A stretch of DNA of 64,000 nucleotides from an uncultured bacterium (GCA_949284035.1 CASDUQ010000045.1:71170-135169); one strand, 5' to 3'. Shown: positions 20,136 through 29,908, numbered from the stretch's first letter. Notes: a model not told the origin generated them from the letters alone. Numbers and translations are program-made.

Positions 20136-21062
20136 TCAGCTGAATAACACACTTGATAAATAACGTTCACCTGTATCCGGTAATATTACAACTATAAGTT
20201 TTCCTTCATTATCTCTCATTTTAGCAAATTCTAAAGCAGCATACATTGCCGCTCCTGAAGAAATCCCGCACAGAATACCTTCATCAGTTGCGAGTTTTCT
20301 TGCAGTATCAACAGCGTCTATATCACCGACAGGATAAATAACATCTATAACACTCCTGTCAAAATTTCGCGGTACAAAATTTGCGCCTAGTCCCTGAATA
20401 GCATGAGAACCTGCCGGTTTACCCGCAAGAACCTGTGAACGAAACGGCTCTACAGCTACAATTCTAATTTCAGGATTTTTCTTTTTTAAATTACGTCCTA
20501 TTCCGGTAATTGTTCCACCAGTACCAACACCTGCAATAACAATATCAACTTTTCCATCAGCATCACGCCATATTTCTTCAGCCGTTGTTTTTTCATGTAT
20601 TTCAGGGTTTGCAGGATTATTAAATTGCATAGGAATAAAAGAATCAGGGAATTGTTCCCGCAGTTCCATTGCCTTATCTATGGAACCTTTCATCCCCTTA
20701 TCAGCATCTGTTAAAACAATTTCCGCACCATAAGCCTTTAATAATTTTTGTCTTTCAAGACTCATATTTTCAGGCATTGTCAAAATCATTTTGTACCCTT
20801 TGATAGCACAAACCATTGCAAGGCCAATACCGGTATTACCGCTAGTAGGTTCTATAACAACAGCACCAGGAGTTAACAGACCTTGACGCTCTGCTTCTTC
20901 TATCATATTTAAGGCCGGACGATCTTTTATAGAACCGGCAGGATTAAAGCTTTCAACCTTTGCAACAACATCTGCATACCCGTTTGAATTTAATTTATTA
21001 ATCTTTACAAGAGGTGTATTTCCTATTAATCCTAAAATATTCTCTGCTATTTTCATTTTCAA
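20136..21062 (-). CDS. cysK: Cysteine synthase A (likely start 21056)
   Basis: NPAGSIKDR, EPTSGNTGIGLA, GVGTGGT, GISSGAA. Confidence 0.95.
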   Translation of the reverse strand: MKMKIAENILGLIGNTPLVKINKLNSNGYADVVAKVESFNPAGSIKDRPALNMIEEAERQGLLTPGAVVIEPTSGNTGIGLAMVCAIKGYKMILTMPENMSLERQKLLKAYGAEIVLTDADKGMKGSIDKAMELREQFPDSFIPMQFNNPANPEIHEKTTAEEIWRDADGKVDIVIAGVGTGGTITGIGRNLKKKNPEIRIVAVEPFRSQVLAGKPAGSHAIQGLGANFVPRNFDRSVIDVIYPVGDIDAVDTARKLATDEGILCGISSGAAMYAALEFAKMRDNEGKLIVVILPDTGERYLSSVLFS

Positions 21063-21083
21063 AACTCCATAAATTAATATTAT

Positions 21084-21112
21084 AAAAGGGCTGATTAAAA
21101 ATCAACCCTTTT
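21084..21112 (-). terminator. Intrinsic terminator after Spy/CpxP gene
   Basis: AAAAGGGCTGATT-AAA-AATCAACCCTTTT. Confidence 0.7.
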
Positions 21113-21142
21113 ATTTTATATAGTTTATGGAGATAAATTAAA

Positions 21143-21760
21143 TTATTCAGCATTAGCATCAGTTGCAGGAGCTACAGGACAAGGACCTTCCGGTCTCGGG
21201 CCTTCAGGTCCGAATCCGGGACGAGGGCCAGGGTGTCCGCCATTTTTATGATTTTTTTCGAAATTTTGACGGCCTTCTTCTTTCATTTTTTTCAACTCTT
21301 TTAATTGTTTTTTAGTTAAAATTGCTTCAAAATCTTTCATATTCTGCATACGGAGTTCATGAGCCTCACGTTTCAAAGCTTTAATCTCTTTGTGTAGCTC
21401 AGCTAATTTTTCCTGCTGCATTTCTACTGCCATTCTTGAACGTTTTACAGCTTCAACTTCCTGACGTTTTTCATGTAATTTATCCATAATAGGCTTCATT
21501 TTCTCAAAACTTTGTTTACGCAATTCTTCTGCTTTTGTCTTTTGTTCATCAGTTAGTTTTAGCCTTTTTTCGAAAGCTTCCTGACGTTTTTTGAACTCAG
21601 GATTCTTAGGAGGTTTTTTGCATTCAGGTGATGCAGGCGCTGCAACAGCCGGAGTTTTAGAGCTATCAGTTGTTGTTTGAGCAGTAGTTTCTGCAGCAAA
21701 ACACATAGCAGAACTTGCAAATACCAATACACTAGCCATAATTAAACTTTTTTTCAACAT
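21143..21760 (-). CDS. Spy/CpxP-family periplasmic protein
   Basis: Signal peptide, LKLTDEQK and ILTKKQ (LTxxQ) motifs. Confidence 0.85.
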   Translation of the reverse strand: MLKKSLIMASVLVFASSAMCFAAETTAQTTTDSSKTPAVAAPASPECKKPPKNPEFKKRQEAFEKRLKLTDEQKTKAEELRKQSFEKMKPIMDKLHEKRQEVEAVKRSRMAVEMQQEKLAELHKEIKALKREAHELRMQNMKDFEAILTKKQLKELKKMKEEGRQNFEKNHKNGGHPGPRPGFGPEGPRPEGPCPVAPATDANAE

Positions 21761-21781
21761 AAATTTCTAATCCTTTCTTTT

Positions 21782-22279
21782 TTACAATAAATCTTTAAGC
21801 ATAACTGCCAATTCTTTTTTTGCGTTGTACAACCTTGATTTTACTGTCCCTATCGGACATTTAAGCTTATATGCGGCATCTTCGTATGAATAACCGTATA
21901 TTTCACATAACATTATTACTTCTTTAAATTTCGGCTTCAAAGAATTTATTGCCTGTGTAATTCTTTTCTGCCTGTCATTAACTATAAGTCTGAGTTCTGG
22001 TGTAGATTTTTTATCTTTTATTGTGTTTATTATTTCCTCATCATTCGTTAAACAATCCTGGTTACGTTTCTGCTTTGATTTCAAATAATCCTTAGAAACA
22101 TTTTTTGCAATGGTGTTTATCCAGCTTTTAAATGTACCTTGTTCAGTGTATTTATCGGCATTTTTCCATACCTTTACATACACTTCCTGTTCAAGATCTT
22201 CATTTGTTTCATTTGTAATAAGTCTTATGATACTTCTTACATTATTTTGATTGCTCTTTATAAGCTCTTTGAAATTCAT
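21782..22279 (-). CDS. ECF sigma-70 factor
   Basis: DLEQEVYVKVW, FKSWINTIAKN, SYEDAA..PIGTVKSRL. Confidence 0.95.
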   Translation of the reverse strand: MNFKELIKSNQNNVRSIIRLITNETNEDLEQEVYVKVWKNADKYTEQGTFKSWINTIAKNVSKDYLKSKQKRNQDCLTNDEEIINTIKDKKSTPELRLIVNDRQKRITQAINSLKPKFKEVIMLCEIYGYSYEDAAYKLKCPIGTVKSRLYNAKKELAVMLKDLL

Positions 22280-22285
22280 TACTTA

Positions 22286-22630
22286 CTATTCCACCATTAA
22301 CAAACCGTATGAATCAACCGGAAAACCGTAGTCTTCCGCACTTAAAGTAGTACCGTATTTTATAGTATCCGAAATATCTGTATTAAAATTTACGATACCC
22401 AAAGCTGTTCCGCTAAGCAAAATTGCAAATATCGCACAAGCCATTTTCAACTTTGCCACCTTAGAACGTTGTACTTTGTAATAAGGTTTTACTTCTTTTA
22501 ACAAATCAGAAACTTTATCCATCAATTCCTGTTCTTTCTGACAATCCTCACAGGTTTCCAGATGCCGTTTCAGAGTTTCATCGTTACCGAAGGTAAATAA
22601 TGCTTCATATTTAGTACATTTATCAGTCAT
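22286..22630 (-). CDS. Zinc-binding (ZAS, HxxxCxxC) membrane anti-sigma factor
   Basis: HLETCEDC plus a single TM helix. Confidence 0.8.
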   Translation of the reverse strand: MTDKCTKYEALFTFGNDETLKRHLETCEDCQKEQELMDKVSDLLKEVKPYYKVQRSKVAKLKMACAIFAILLSGTALGIVNFNTDISDTIKYGTTLSAEDYGFPVDSYGLLMVE

Positions 22631-22759
22631 TTTTTTAACCTCTATACTTATATAACGATAACGAAATAAAAAAGTTCATTTGCTTAAAAAATTTCTTCGT
22701 AATATTATAACATATATTAACAAAACTAGCAAAAAAAAATTTTACCCGTTTTATAAAAT

Positions 22760-23323
22760 TTGGGAATAGCAATGGCAGTAGCGGATTTAATAAAAAAGAC
22801 CTGTAAATCACTAGGCGAAAATAATAAACCAACTTATGTCGTAATGGCAATTGCGGCAGTTAAAGGTATTTGCCGTCCGGCATTTACAATGATGGACAAA
22901 ACTGAAAATCCCGAAACAAAAAAATATACAGCTCTAAGAGAAGGCTTAACAGAAGTCATTGCAATACCGGCCTACTGGGGATGTGGAGAACTTGCCGGTA
23001 AACTGGCAAAAAAAGCATTTAACAGCGACAAAGCTCTTGCAAACAGAGCTGAAAAAAATCTAATGTTCATAGGTGTTTGTACGGCAGCGTTATTTGTAAT
23101 TCCGGCTCTGTGCTCTGTTGCAATAAAACCGATTATGCACAAAATAGGGTTAAAAGCACCAGAAGGGCATAAAAATGAAGAGCCTAAGAATTTACAAATG
23201 CCGGCAGAATCTAATCAAACTGCGATGTTAAAAACGCCCGCATCTTTCAATAAAATTATTTATCCAAAGATGAGTACATTTACAAGCAGACCACAGATTG
23301 GTCTAAGGGTGGGCGGATTATGA
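22760..23323 (+). CDS. Hypothetical membrane protein (paralog of next gene; start may be 22772)
   Basis: KGICRPAF..DK..ETKKYTALRE motif; two TM helices. Confidence 0.75.
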   Translation: MGIAMAVADLIKKTCKSLGENNKPTYVVMAIAAVKGICRPAFTMMDKTENPETKKYTALREGLTEVIAIPAYWGCGELAGKLAKKAFNSDKALANRAEKNLMFIGVCTAALFVIPALCSVAIKPIMHKIGLKAPEGHKNEEPKNLQMPAESNQTAMLKTPASFNKIIYPKMSTFTSRPQIGLRVGGL

Positions 23324-23958
23324 TAGGAGCAGTAAAAAGTTTTATAACAAGCTCACAGCTTGCAAATATTGCACAAAATACAACACAGTCAGTTGCTGCC
23401 GAAACGACTTTAAAATCTATCGGCCGTCCAGGCTTCATTCTAATAGATAAAGATATTGATTCAGACACTAAGCAGTATGCAGCAGCAAAAGAATTTTTAT
23501 ATCAGGCAACCTGTCTTGCAGTATATATGGCATTAATTGTTCCTGTTTTCAAAAAAGGCGGATTTCAAGTTGCAAAAAAATATATATTCAAAAATACTGA
23601 AGGCTTTGAACATTTTAAAGATGTAAAAGAATATATGTATTATAGAAAACTTGCAGACAATCCTTCTGTAAATAACAGAATGAAAACTCTTGAAAAAGAG
23701 CGGCTTACCGATAAAACAAAAATTAGAGACAAATATAATACAACATTACAACAAGAACTTGAGAAAAAAGACCCCGACAAATTTGCATACGTAAAAGGTG
23801 CTGTTGAATTAAGTAATATAATCGGTTCTGTTCTGGGCTTAGCAATTCTGGCACCGCAGGTAAGCCATGCATTTATTCATCCCGCATTAAAATTACTGGG
23901 CTTGGAAAAGAAAAAAGATAAAACCGAACAAACTGATAAAATTGACACCAAAGCTTAA
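23320..23958 (+). CDS. Hypothetical membrane protein (paralog of previous gene)
   Basis: KSIGRPGF..DK..DTKQYAAAKE motif; ATGA overlap with the upstream stop. Confidence 0.8.
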   Translation: MIGAVKSFITSSQLANIAQNTTQSVAAETTLKSIGRPGFILIDKDIDSDTKQYAAAKEFLYQATCLAVYMALIVPVFKKGGFQVAKKYIFKNTEGFEHFKDVKEYMYYRKLADNPSVNNRMKTLEKERLTDKTKIRDKYNTTLQQELEKKDPDKFAYVKGAVELSNIIGSVLGLAILAPQVSHAFIHPALKLLGLEKKKDKTEQTDKIDTKA

Positions 23959-24647
23959 TAATTCATTTCCCAATTGTCATTTAAAATTTTATCAAAACAA
24001 CCTAAGCCATTACTTTCACAGTTTTTTGCATACTCTTCTCTTAATGCAGACTTGTCAATACTATTTACATCTTGTCCTGTAAACTCGTATAGAACTATTG
24101 CGAAAATTACAGTAAATCCATCAACTAAATTTTGTGTAGTAGAAATACCCACAACATAAAAATCTCTACCCGCAATATTAGGAGGAGCGGCCCCATTTAC
24201 ATCAATATATGTCTGAATCAGATTTCCATTGATAGCCAAACATATTGAATATCCTCCAGCTGCTGTAAAACAATAACCATTACTGGAATTCGGATTAAAA
24301 ACATCAGTATTCATCGCCGTCCCGCTTATTGTTGAATAAGAAGAGCCAAAACATGGAGTAGCTTTGTCATCACAAACCTGAACAGTTTTAAACTGGCTTG
24401 AAACAAAATTTGCAATACCGGTAGCATCAGTAACTCGTGCTTCTTTTAAACTTACGGCATTTTTAGAGGCAGTATAACTCTCTATTGCCTGACTCAACTC
24501 ATTATATACTTTATGAAGCTGGGTAACATAAACTTTTCTCTGATGATTTTGCATCAGTGTCGGAATTGTCATTGCTGATACAACACCTATTATCCCTAAA
24601 GTTACTAATACTTCAGCTAAAGTAAAACCATTATATCCAAATTTCAT
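23955..24647 (-). CDS. Type IV pilin / pseudopilin-like protein
   Basis: NG|FTLAEVLVTLGIIGVVSAMTIP, DVNGAAPPNIAGRDF; SD GAGGTG. Confidence 0.9.
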   Translation of the reverse strand: MKFGYNGFTLAEVLVTLGIIGVVSAMTIPTLMQNHQRKVYVTQLHKVYNELSQAIESYTASKNAVSLKEARVTDATGIANFVSSQFKTVQVCDDKATPCFGSSYSTISGTAMNTDVFNPNSSNGYCFTAAGGYSICLAINGNLIQTYIDVNGAAPPNIAGRDFYVVGISTTQNLVDGFTVIFAIVLYEFTGQDVNSIDKSALREEYAKNCESNGLGCFDKILNDNWEMNY

Positions 24648-24698
24648 AAATCTTTCACCTCATAAATATAAACTCTATATTTTATTTTAACATATATA

Positions 24699-26006
24699 TT
24701 AAAAAGTTTCAACTCCGTTGATATAGTCAATTGAACGTTTAACAATCATTTCAGCTTTTAACTTTTTATTTTTACGCTCTTTTTTGGGCAATTCTATAGG
24801 CTCTACAATCCCCCAATTTGAATTTATCGGTTGAAACTTGGTGTGATTTTCATCCGAAATATACTGTGTAAGTGCACCAAGCATTGTCTGCTTCGGTAAA
24901 ATCAGAAGTTCCTCATTATTAATTAGCCGCGCCATATTAATACCTGCAAGCATACCCGTTGCAATAGATTCGGTATATCCTTCCGTCCCGGTTAACTGTC
25001 CGGCAAAAAATAAATCATGACGTTTACGGGTCTGCAAAGATGCATTTAATATCTTGGGAGAATTTATAAAAGTATTCCTGTGCATTACACCGTATCTCAC
25101 AATATTAACATTCTCCAATCCGGGAATTGAGTGCAGAAGTTCTTTTTGCGCTCCCCATTTTAAATTAGTTTGAAAACCCACAAGATTAAAAAGCGTTTTT
25201 GCCGAATTATCCTGGCGCAGCTGAACAACAGCATAATTTTCAATACCGGTTCTTTTATCAACAAGCCCGACAGGTTTCATTGGACCAAATCTCAAAGTAT
25301 CAACACCGCGTGAAGCCAAAACTTCAATAGGAAGACAACTTTCAAAAAATTTTGCGTTTTTTTCAAATTCTTTTAGTTCAATTTTCGGGGCATTAACTAA
25401 TATATTATAAAAGTTTTCGTACTCCTGCTTATTCATAGGACAATTAATGTATGATGCCTCACCCTTATCATACCTGCTTGCCCAAAATGCTTTGTCAAAG
25501 TCAATACTATCTTTTTCTACTATAGGAGCTATTGCGTCAAAAAAATGCAAATGCTCACTTTGAGTAAACTCCTTAATCGAATCAGCAAGTTTTTCAGACG
25601 TTAAAGGCCCAGATGCCATAATAGTATATGAGTCAGGTATTTTTATAACTTCTTCTCTTAAAATATTTATATTGTCATTATTTTCTATTCGTTCGGTAAC
25701 AGTCTGAGAAAAAAGTTCTCTGTCTACTGCCAACGCATTCCCTGCCGGTACAGAATGTTCACGGGCAATCTTTATAAGTTCCCCACCAAGAAGCTCCATT
25801 TCCTTTTTCAACAATCCCGAAGCATTAGAACAATCTGATGCGCCTAAACTGTTTGAGCACACAAATTCAGCAAATTTATCAGTTTTATGTGCACCCGTTG
25901 TTTTCTGTGGACGCATTTCATATAAATCGACTTTTATACCGCGTTTTGCTAGTTGTAATGCGGCCTCACATCCTGCAAGACCGGCTCCTATAACATTAAC
26001 TTTCAT
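24699..26006 (-). CDS. trmFO: tRNA (U54) methyltransferase TrmFO
   Basis: VIGAGLAGCEAA, YEMRP, EFVCSNS, HFFDAIAPI, FGPMKPVGL, YGVMHRNTF. Confidence 0.95.
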   Translation of the reverse strand: MKVNVIGAGLAGCEAALQLAKRGIKVDLYEMRPQKTTGAHKTDKFAEFVCSNSLGASDCSNASGLLKKEMELLGGELIKIAREHSVPAGNALAVDRELFSQTVTERIENNDNINILREEVIKIPDSYTIMASGPLTSEKLADSIKEFTQSEHLHFFDAIAPIVEKDSIDFDKAFWASRYDKGEASYINCPMNKQEYENFYNILVNAPKIELKEFEKNAKFFESCLPIEVLASRGVDTLRFGPMKPVGLVDKRTGIENYAVVQLRQDNSAKTLFNLVGFQTNLKWGAQKELLHSIPGLENVNIVRYGVMHRNTFINSPKILNASLQTRKRHDLFFAGQLTGTEGYTESIATGMLAGINMARLINNEELLILPKQTMLGALTQYISDENHTKFQPINSNWGIVEPIELPKKERKNKKLKAEMIVKRSIDYINGVETF

Positions 26007-26012
26007 AAAAAT

Positions 26013-26041
26013 AGTTTATATCAGATGAAAAATAGTGTCAA
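26013..26041 (-). promoter_or_regulatory. sigma70 promoter of trmFO, leaderless
   Basis: Minus strand TTGACA-17-TAAACT-6-ATG(26006). Confidence 0.75.
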
Positions 26042-26126
26042 TTTATAGCCAATCGGCTGATTTTTTATCTATCATTAGAGTTTATTACAAATTTGTAAAA
26101 TAATTATTATATTTGTAGTAAAAAAC

Positions 26127-26155
26127 TTGCATATATAATAAATATTAAGTATAAT
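26127..26155 (+). promoter_or_regulatory. sigma70 promoter for the 667-aa gene
   Basis: TTGCAT-17-TATAAT; perfect palindrome TTACAAATTTGTAA upstream at 26085-26098. Confidence 0.6.
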
Positions 26156-26283
26156 AATTACACTTAATACATTTATGACCTTTTCTTAATTTTTCTTAAA
26201 ATTGCAACAGAAAAAAGCAATAAGTGTAAATCAGAAGTTTTATTTAATATATGTGTGTAGTTATGAAAATTTAAAGTAGGGAC

Positions 26284-28287
26284 ATGTCAGTAAAAGCAAT
26301 AAATTCAGCAAATAGTGTTAATAAGCAACACAAGAGTCTTAATGACCGCAAAAACTCTAATAATCAACAAACATTTACAGGTTCATTTAATCCTGTTGTT
26401 ATGTTGATGGATGGCATTGATAAAGGTGGTTTTGCAGCATCATTTATTACGCAAGACGGTATTGGCATGGTCGCCCCAAGAATTTATGAAGGACTTAACC
26501 GTAACAGAAAAAAAGATGAAAACGGTAAAAGAACAGGCCCTTTAAACTGGGAATTTGCAAGACGTGAAGGTATCAGAGAAATATTAAGCGGCCCCAGTGC
26601 TTTCTTAATTCCTATGGGTATTCTTACGGTTTTGAAAAAGACATCAGGAACTGCAAATAATGTACATGTTAGCCATATTGAAATGTTAGGACAAAATTTT
26701 GCTGATTACGCAGCAAAAAATCCTGACCAGCTTAAAAATACTAAAGAATTCAAAAAAGGCTACTATAAAAGGGTATTTGAAAATGCATTCACAAATTCCA
26801 CAGATGAATCATTTAAAGATCAAATATCTCAAACTGCGCAAAAATTTGCGGATAAACTTATAGATTCAGAGGAAAAACGCGCAAGTAAAGACGGAAAAAT
26901 CAAAAAAGCAGGGAAACAATTACAAGGCGAAATCTTTGAAGAATACATGAAAATTAGAAAACAGTATTCGGAACCTTCTGTTAATGAACTGGAAGCAGCA
27001 CTCAAGGTAGAAGGCAAGGAAAAGCCTTTATACACTGATATTAAACGTTTAACTCAAAGCTTAACTGATTATACCGGTGATGCACTTGAAAAAGTAAACA
27101 AACATCTCGAAAAACATGCTAACGGCAATATTGATGATTACGTAAAAAAATTCAACATTCACAGAGCCGGCACAAGGGTTCTGGCAAATCTCGGTATGTG
27201 GTCGGCAGTTGTAGGTTTCTATACACTTATTCCAAAATTATACAATCTTGGGCTAAAACATGACCCGGGCTTGACCGGTCTTGTTGATGAAAATAATCAA
27301 CCTTCCCAACCCGATAATGATAAAGATAAAAAAGATAATACGGCTAAGAAGGCTGAAAATGACAAACAAATAGCATTTACCGGTGGTTTTGTATCAGGAA
27401 TAGGCAAAGCAGCTGCGAAAGAAAACAGAATTGGCAGACTGTTAAAAGATTTTGAATTTAACGGTGCTTCAATGTCTGTCCCTGCTATGCTTACTTTATT
27501 ATTTGGCTTCTGCTTGCCGGCAAGATATAAGAATGCCAAAAGCGATAAAGAACGTAAAGAAATTCTTGTAAGAGATATTGCAAGCTTTACTGCTATATTA
27601 TTTGGTGCAAAAGCTCTGTCTCGTGTATTTTCAGATGTGTTTGCAAAAATGTCCGGTCTTACATTAAATGTTAAACCCGAAAATCATAGCAAAAGTTTAT
27701 ATCACAAATTAAAGAATTATTTCACTGCAGGCTCGGGCGTAAACGTTCTTTCAAGCGAACAAATAGTTTCTAAATACAGCCACATTGATGAATACAAGGA
27801 TGGTATCAACGGCTTCTTCAAATTCTTACAAGAAAACGGCGGAGATGTCAAAAAAGTATTAAATATTGATAAAACAGTAAAAGAACAATCAGAAACTATA
27901 ATGAAAAACTTTAATGGCAAATCTATTAAAGATGCTACTTTAGAAGAAATTCATGAAGCATTCAAAAAGGCAAAAGGTTCTGAAGCTCTTGAAAAGATAT
28001 ATGGAGTATTCAATTCTAAAGAAAATAAATTCATCAACAGAGCTAAGACATTCAACAGCGCATTTGGATTTGCGTCAACAATTATCCTTGTACCTGCATT
28101 TATGATATGGCTTGCCAAGTACTGTGAAAACATGACTAAAAAGGCCATTGAAAAAGAAAAGGCTGCTGCAAATAATAATCAAAACCAACAGCTACAAAAT
28201 CAAACAGTACAGGCTTCTACAGTTCAGACATCGTCTTATATACCTAACAGCAAGCCCACAATGGCAGGTTTTTTAAATAATAATTAA
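26284..28287 (+). CDS. 667-aa hypothetical membrane protein, two-module architecture
   Basis: Long ORF; low-complexity linkers ending in xFTG at aa 30-33 and 364-367; TM pairs in each half. Confidence 0.85.
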   Translation: MSVKAINSANSVNKQHKSLNDRKNSNNQQTFTGSFNPVVMLMDGIDKGGFAASFITQDGIGMVAPRIYEGLNRNRKKDENGKRTGPLNWEFARREGIREILSGPSAFLIPMGILTVLKKTSGTANNVHVSHIEMLGQNFADYAAKNPDQLKNTKEFKKGYYKRVFENAFTNSTDESFKDQISQTAQKFADKLIDSEEKRASKDGKIKKAGKQLQGEIFEEYMKIRKQYSEPSVNELEAALKVEGKEKPLYTDIKRLTQSLTDYTGDALEKVNKHLEKHANGNIDDYVKKFNIHRAGTRVLANLGMWSAVVGFYTLIPKLYNLGLKHDPGLTGLVDENNQPSQPDNDKDKKDNTAKKAENDKQIAFTGGFVSGIGKAAAKENRIGRLLKDFEFNGASMSVPAMLTLLFGFCLPARYKNAKSDKERKEILVRDIASFTAILFGAKALSRVFSDVFAKMSGLTLNVKPENHSKSLYHKLKNYFTAGSGVNVLSSEQIVSKYSHIDEYKDGINGFFKFLQENGGDVKKVLNIDKTVKEQSETIMKNFNGKSIKDATLEEIHEAFKKAKGSEALEKIYGVFNSKENKFINRAKTFNSAFGFASTIILVPAFMIWLAKYCENMTKKAIEKEKAAANNNQNQQLQNQTVQASTVQTSSYIPNSKPTMAGFLNNN

Positions 28288-28310
28288 TGGGATTCTATAA
28301 TAATGCAAAA

Positions 28311-28348
28311 GAAAAACAGCCTGCAAATACTATGCAGACTGTTTTTTC
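28311..28348. terminator. Bidirectional terminator
   Basis: GAAAAACAGCCTGCA-AATACTA-TGCAGACTGTTTTTTC between convergent genes. Confidence 0.85.
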
Positions 28349-28362
28349 TAATAGAAAATTTA

Positions 28363-28566
28363 TTAATCTTCAATTAAAGCATTTATATCAGCAACCATTG
28401 CATCAGGATCAAAACCATGAACCTTAGCTCCAGCCTCTAAATTTTCAAAATGAGCTGCAGCACAACCAATACAGCCCAAACCATATTTTTGAAATACTGC
28501 AACACTTTCAGGACACTGCTGTACAATATCCATAATATTCATATCCTTTGTAATTTTTCCAGCCAT
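28363..28566 (-). CDS. DUF1858 protein (hybrid-cluster-associated redox domain)
   Basis: ITKDMNI.DIV..PE..VF.KYGLGCIGC, ENLEAGAKVHG; SD AAGGAGG. Confidence 0.9.
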   Translation of the reverse strand: MAGKITKDMNIMDIVQQCPESVAVFQKYGLGCIGCAAAHFENLEAGAKVHGFDPDAMVADINALIED

Positions 28567-28640
28567 AATATATCCTCCTTATTTGACTTTACACATAATA
28601 TCATTAAATATATTATATAATAAAAAAAGAAGGATGTGTA

Positions 28641-28799
28641 ATGGAATTTCTGAAAAAATTATTTAAAGATGATGACAAAGTTATAGGATTGTGCAGTTTT
28701 AAGAAAAAAACTCAAAAAGTCTATACTTTTACCCCGCAATTCAGTACAACTACACTGATTTACAGTACAAATACAAAAAATAACTTTCTATTATCCTAA
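28641..28799 (+). CDS. Putative 52-aa small protein (below ORF-track cutoff)
   Basis: SD AAGGA + ATG; MEFLKKLFKDDDKVIGLCSFKKK...NNFLLS*. Confidence 0.4.
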   Translation: MEFLKKLFKDDDKVIGLCSFKKKTQKVYTFTPQFSTTTLIYSTNTKNNFLLS

Positions 28800-28988
28800 A
28801 CAGTATAATTTAGTTCCTCTTGTTGGATCACCTAAGGCATTCTCACAAACAATGCCATTAGGTCTGTTAGGATTTGCATCTCCAAAATTAAATGCATTTT
28901 TTACAAAATTATTTCCGGTATGATTTACACCGTATGAATTTTGTGTTCCCCTTATTGGATTAATAGCGAAAAGTTTTTGAATTGACAT
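28791..28988 (-). CDS. Small Asn/Gly-rich protein
   Basis: 65 aa, GGGGT SD, C-terminus GTKLYCLG. Confidence 0.65.
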   Translation of the reverse strand: MSIQKLFAINPIRGTQNSYGVNHTGNNFVKNAFNFGDANPNRPNGIVCENALGDPTRGTKLYCLG

Positions 28989-29074
28989 AATTTTTTACCC
29001 CAAAATTTCCCTTATATATATAAAGTAAATTTGAGAATAAAAATTGCCCAAATTTCATAAAATATTAAGAAATA

Positions 29075-29281
29075 TTAAGCTAATAAGTCTAAATGTCTTG
29101 CCTGAGTCTCACTTCCAATAACTCTCGGATGATTTAAATTATAACTTTCGTTGGTTTGTTGCGCGAATAATCCGGAATCAAAACGATTAGCCACAGATTT
29201 GTTTTGACGGCCATTTTCAAAAAGATTAACCGCATTAACTCTAAAAATATTATTCGGTTGTATTGCTTCAATTCCGTTCAT
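29075..29281 (-). CDS. Small Asn-rich protein
   Basis: 68 aa, AAGGT SD, C-terminus ARHLDLLA. Confidence 0.65.
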   Translation of the reverse strand: MNGIEAIQPNNIFRVNAVNLFENGRQNKSVANRFDSGLFAQQTNESYNLNHPRVIGSETQARHLDLLA

Positions 29282-29362
29282 AGTTATACCTTACATATAA
29301 TAAAACCTGAAAATTCAAATATTTTCAAATTATTGAAAAATCTTTACAAACTTAACAATATT

Positions 29363-29908
29363 TTATTGATCGCTTTCGTGATGTTCATTATCCTTCATCA
29401 ATTTGGCAAAATCAGAAGGTTTAATACTCTGGACAAATTTTTTAAATTCCTGAGCTTCTTCCTCGTCCTTAGCCGAATCAGTAGAAACAGAGCCGTTAGA
29501 AATAACATTTGCCGTAACAAAAATCGGTGCATCAACCCTGATTGCCACAGCTATAGCATCAGATGGCCTTGAATCAATCTCAAGAACTTTACCTTCATCA
29601 TTAGAAAGGTATAAAGTCGCATAATAAGTATCTTTTTCTACATCATTTATCTCAATTTTATCAAGATGATACCCGGTTTTCTCAATTATGTTAATAATTA
29701 AATCATGAGTCATCGGACGTGCAACATTGAGATTTTCAATTTTTCTAATAATAGCACTTGCCTCTGCTGAGCCTATCCATATAGGCAGTGCTTTTCTGTT
29801 TTCTTTATCATGTAGAACAACAATAGGCGAACCTGTTCTTGTATCAAGGGCAATCCCCATAACTTTCATTTCAATCATCGTAAAAAGCCTTTCTATGTAA
29901 TTTACCAA
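29363..29908 (-). CDS. Bifunctional nuclease family protein (DUF151), likely start 29878
   Basis: LPIWIGSAEA, RPMTHDL, IDSRPSDAIAVA. Confidence 0.95.
   Translation of the reverse strand: MVNYIERLFTMIEMKVMGIALDTRTGSPIVVLHDKENRKALPIWIGSAEASAIIRKIENLNVARPMTHDLIINIIEKTGYHLDKIEINDVEKDTYYATLYLSNDEGKVLEIDSRPSDAIAVAIRVDAPIFVTANVISNGSVSTDSAKDEEEAQEFKKFVQSIKPSDFAKLMKDNEHHESDQ

Noticed and set aside
22731-22739. A9 run in the divergent promoter region
   Set aside because: A/T runs of 8-9 are common at this composition; no clear -35/-10 spacer context.
22635-22850. 71-aa minus-strand ORF upstream of the anti-sigma gene
   Set aside because: Phe/Lys-rich translation of AT-rich promoter DNA that overlaps the divergent gene; no SD.
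28585-28612. dif-like site (..ATATTATGTGTAAA on the minus strand)
   Set aside because: Only a partial XerD arm and no XerC arm; lies in an ordinary promoter region.
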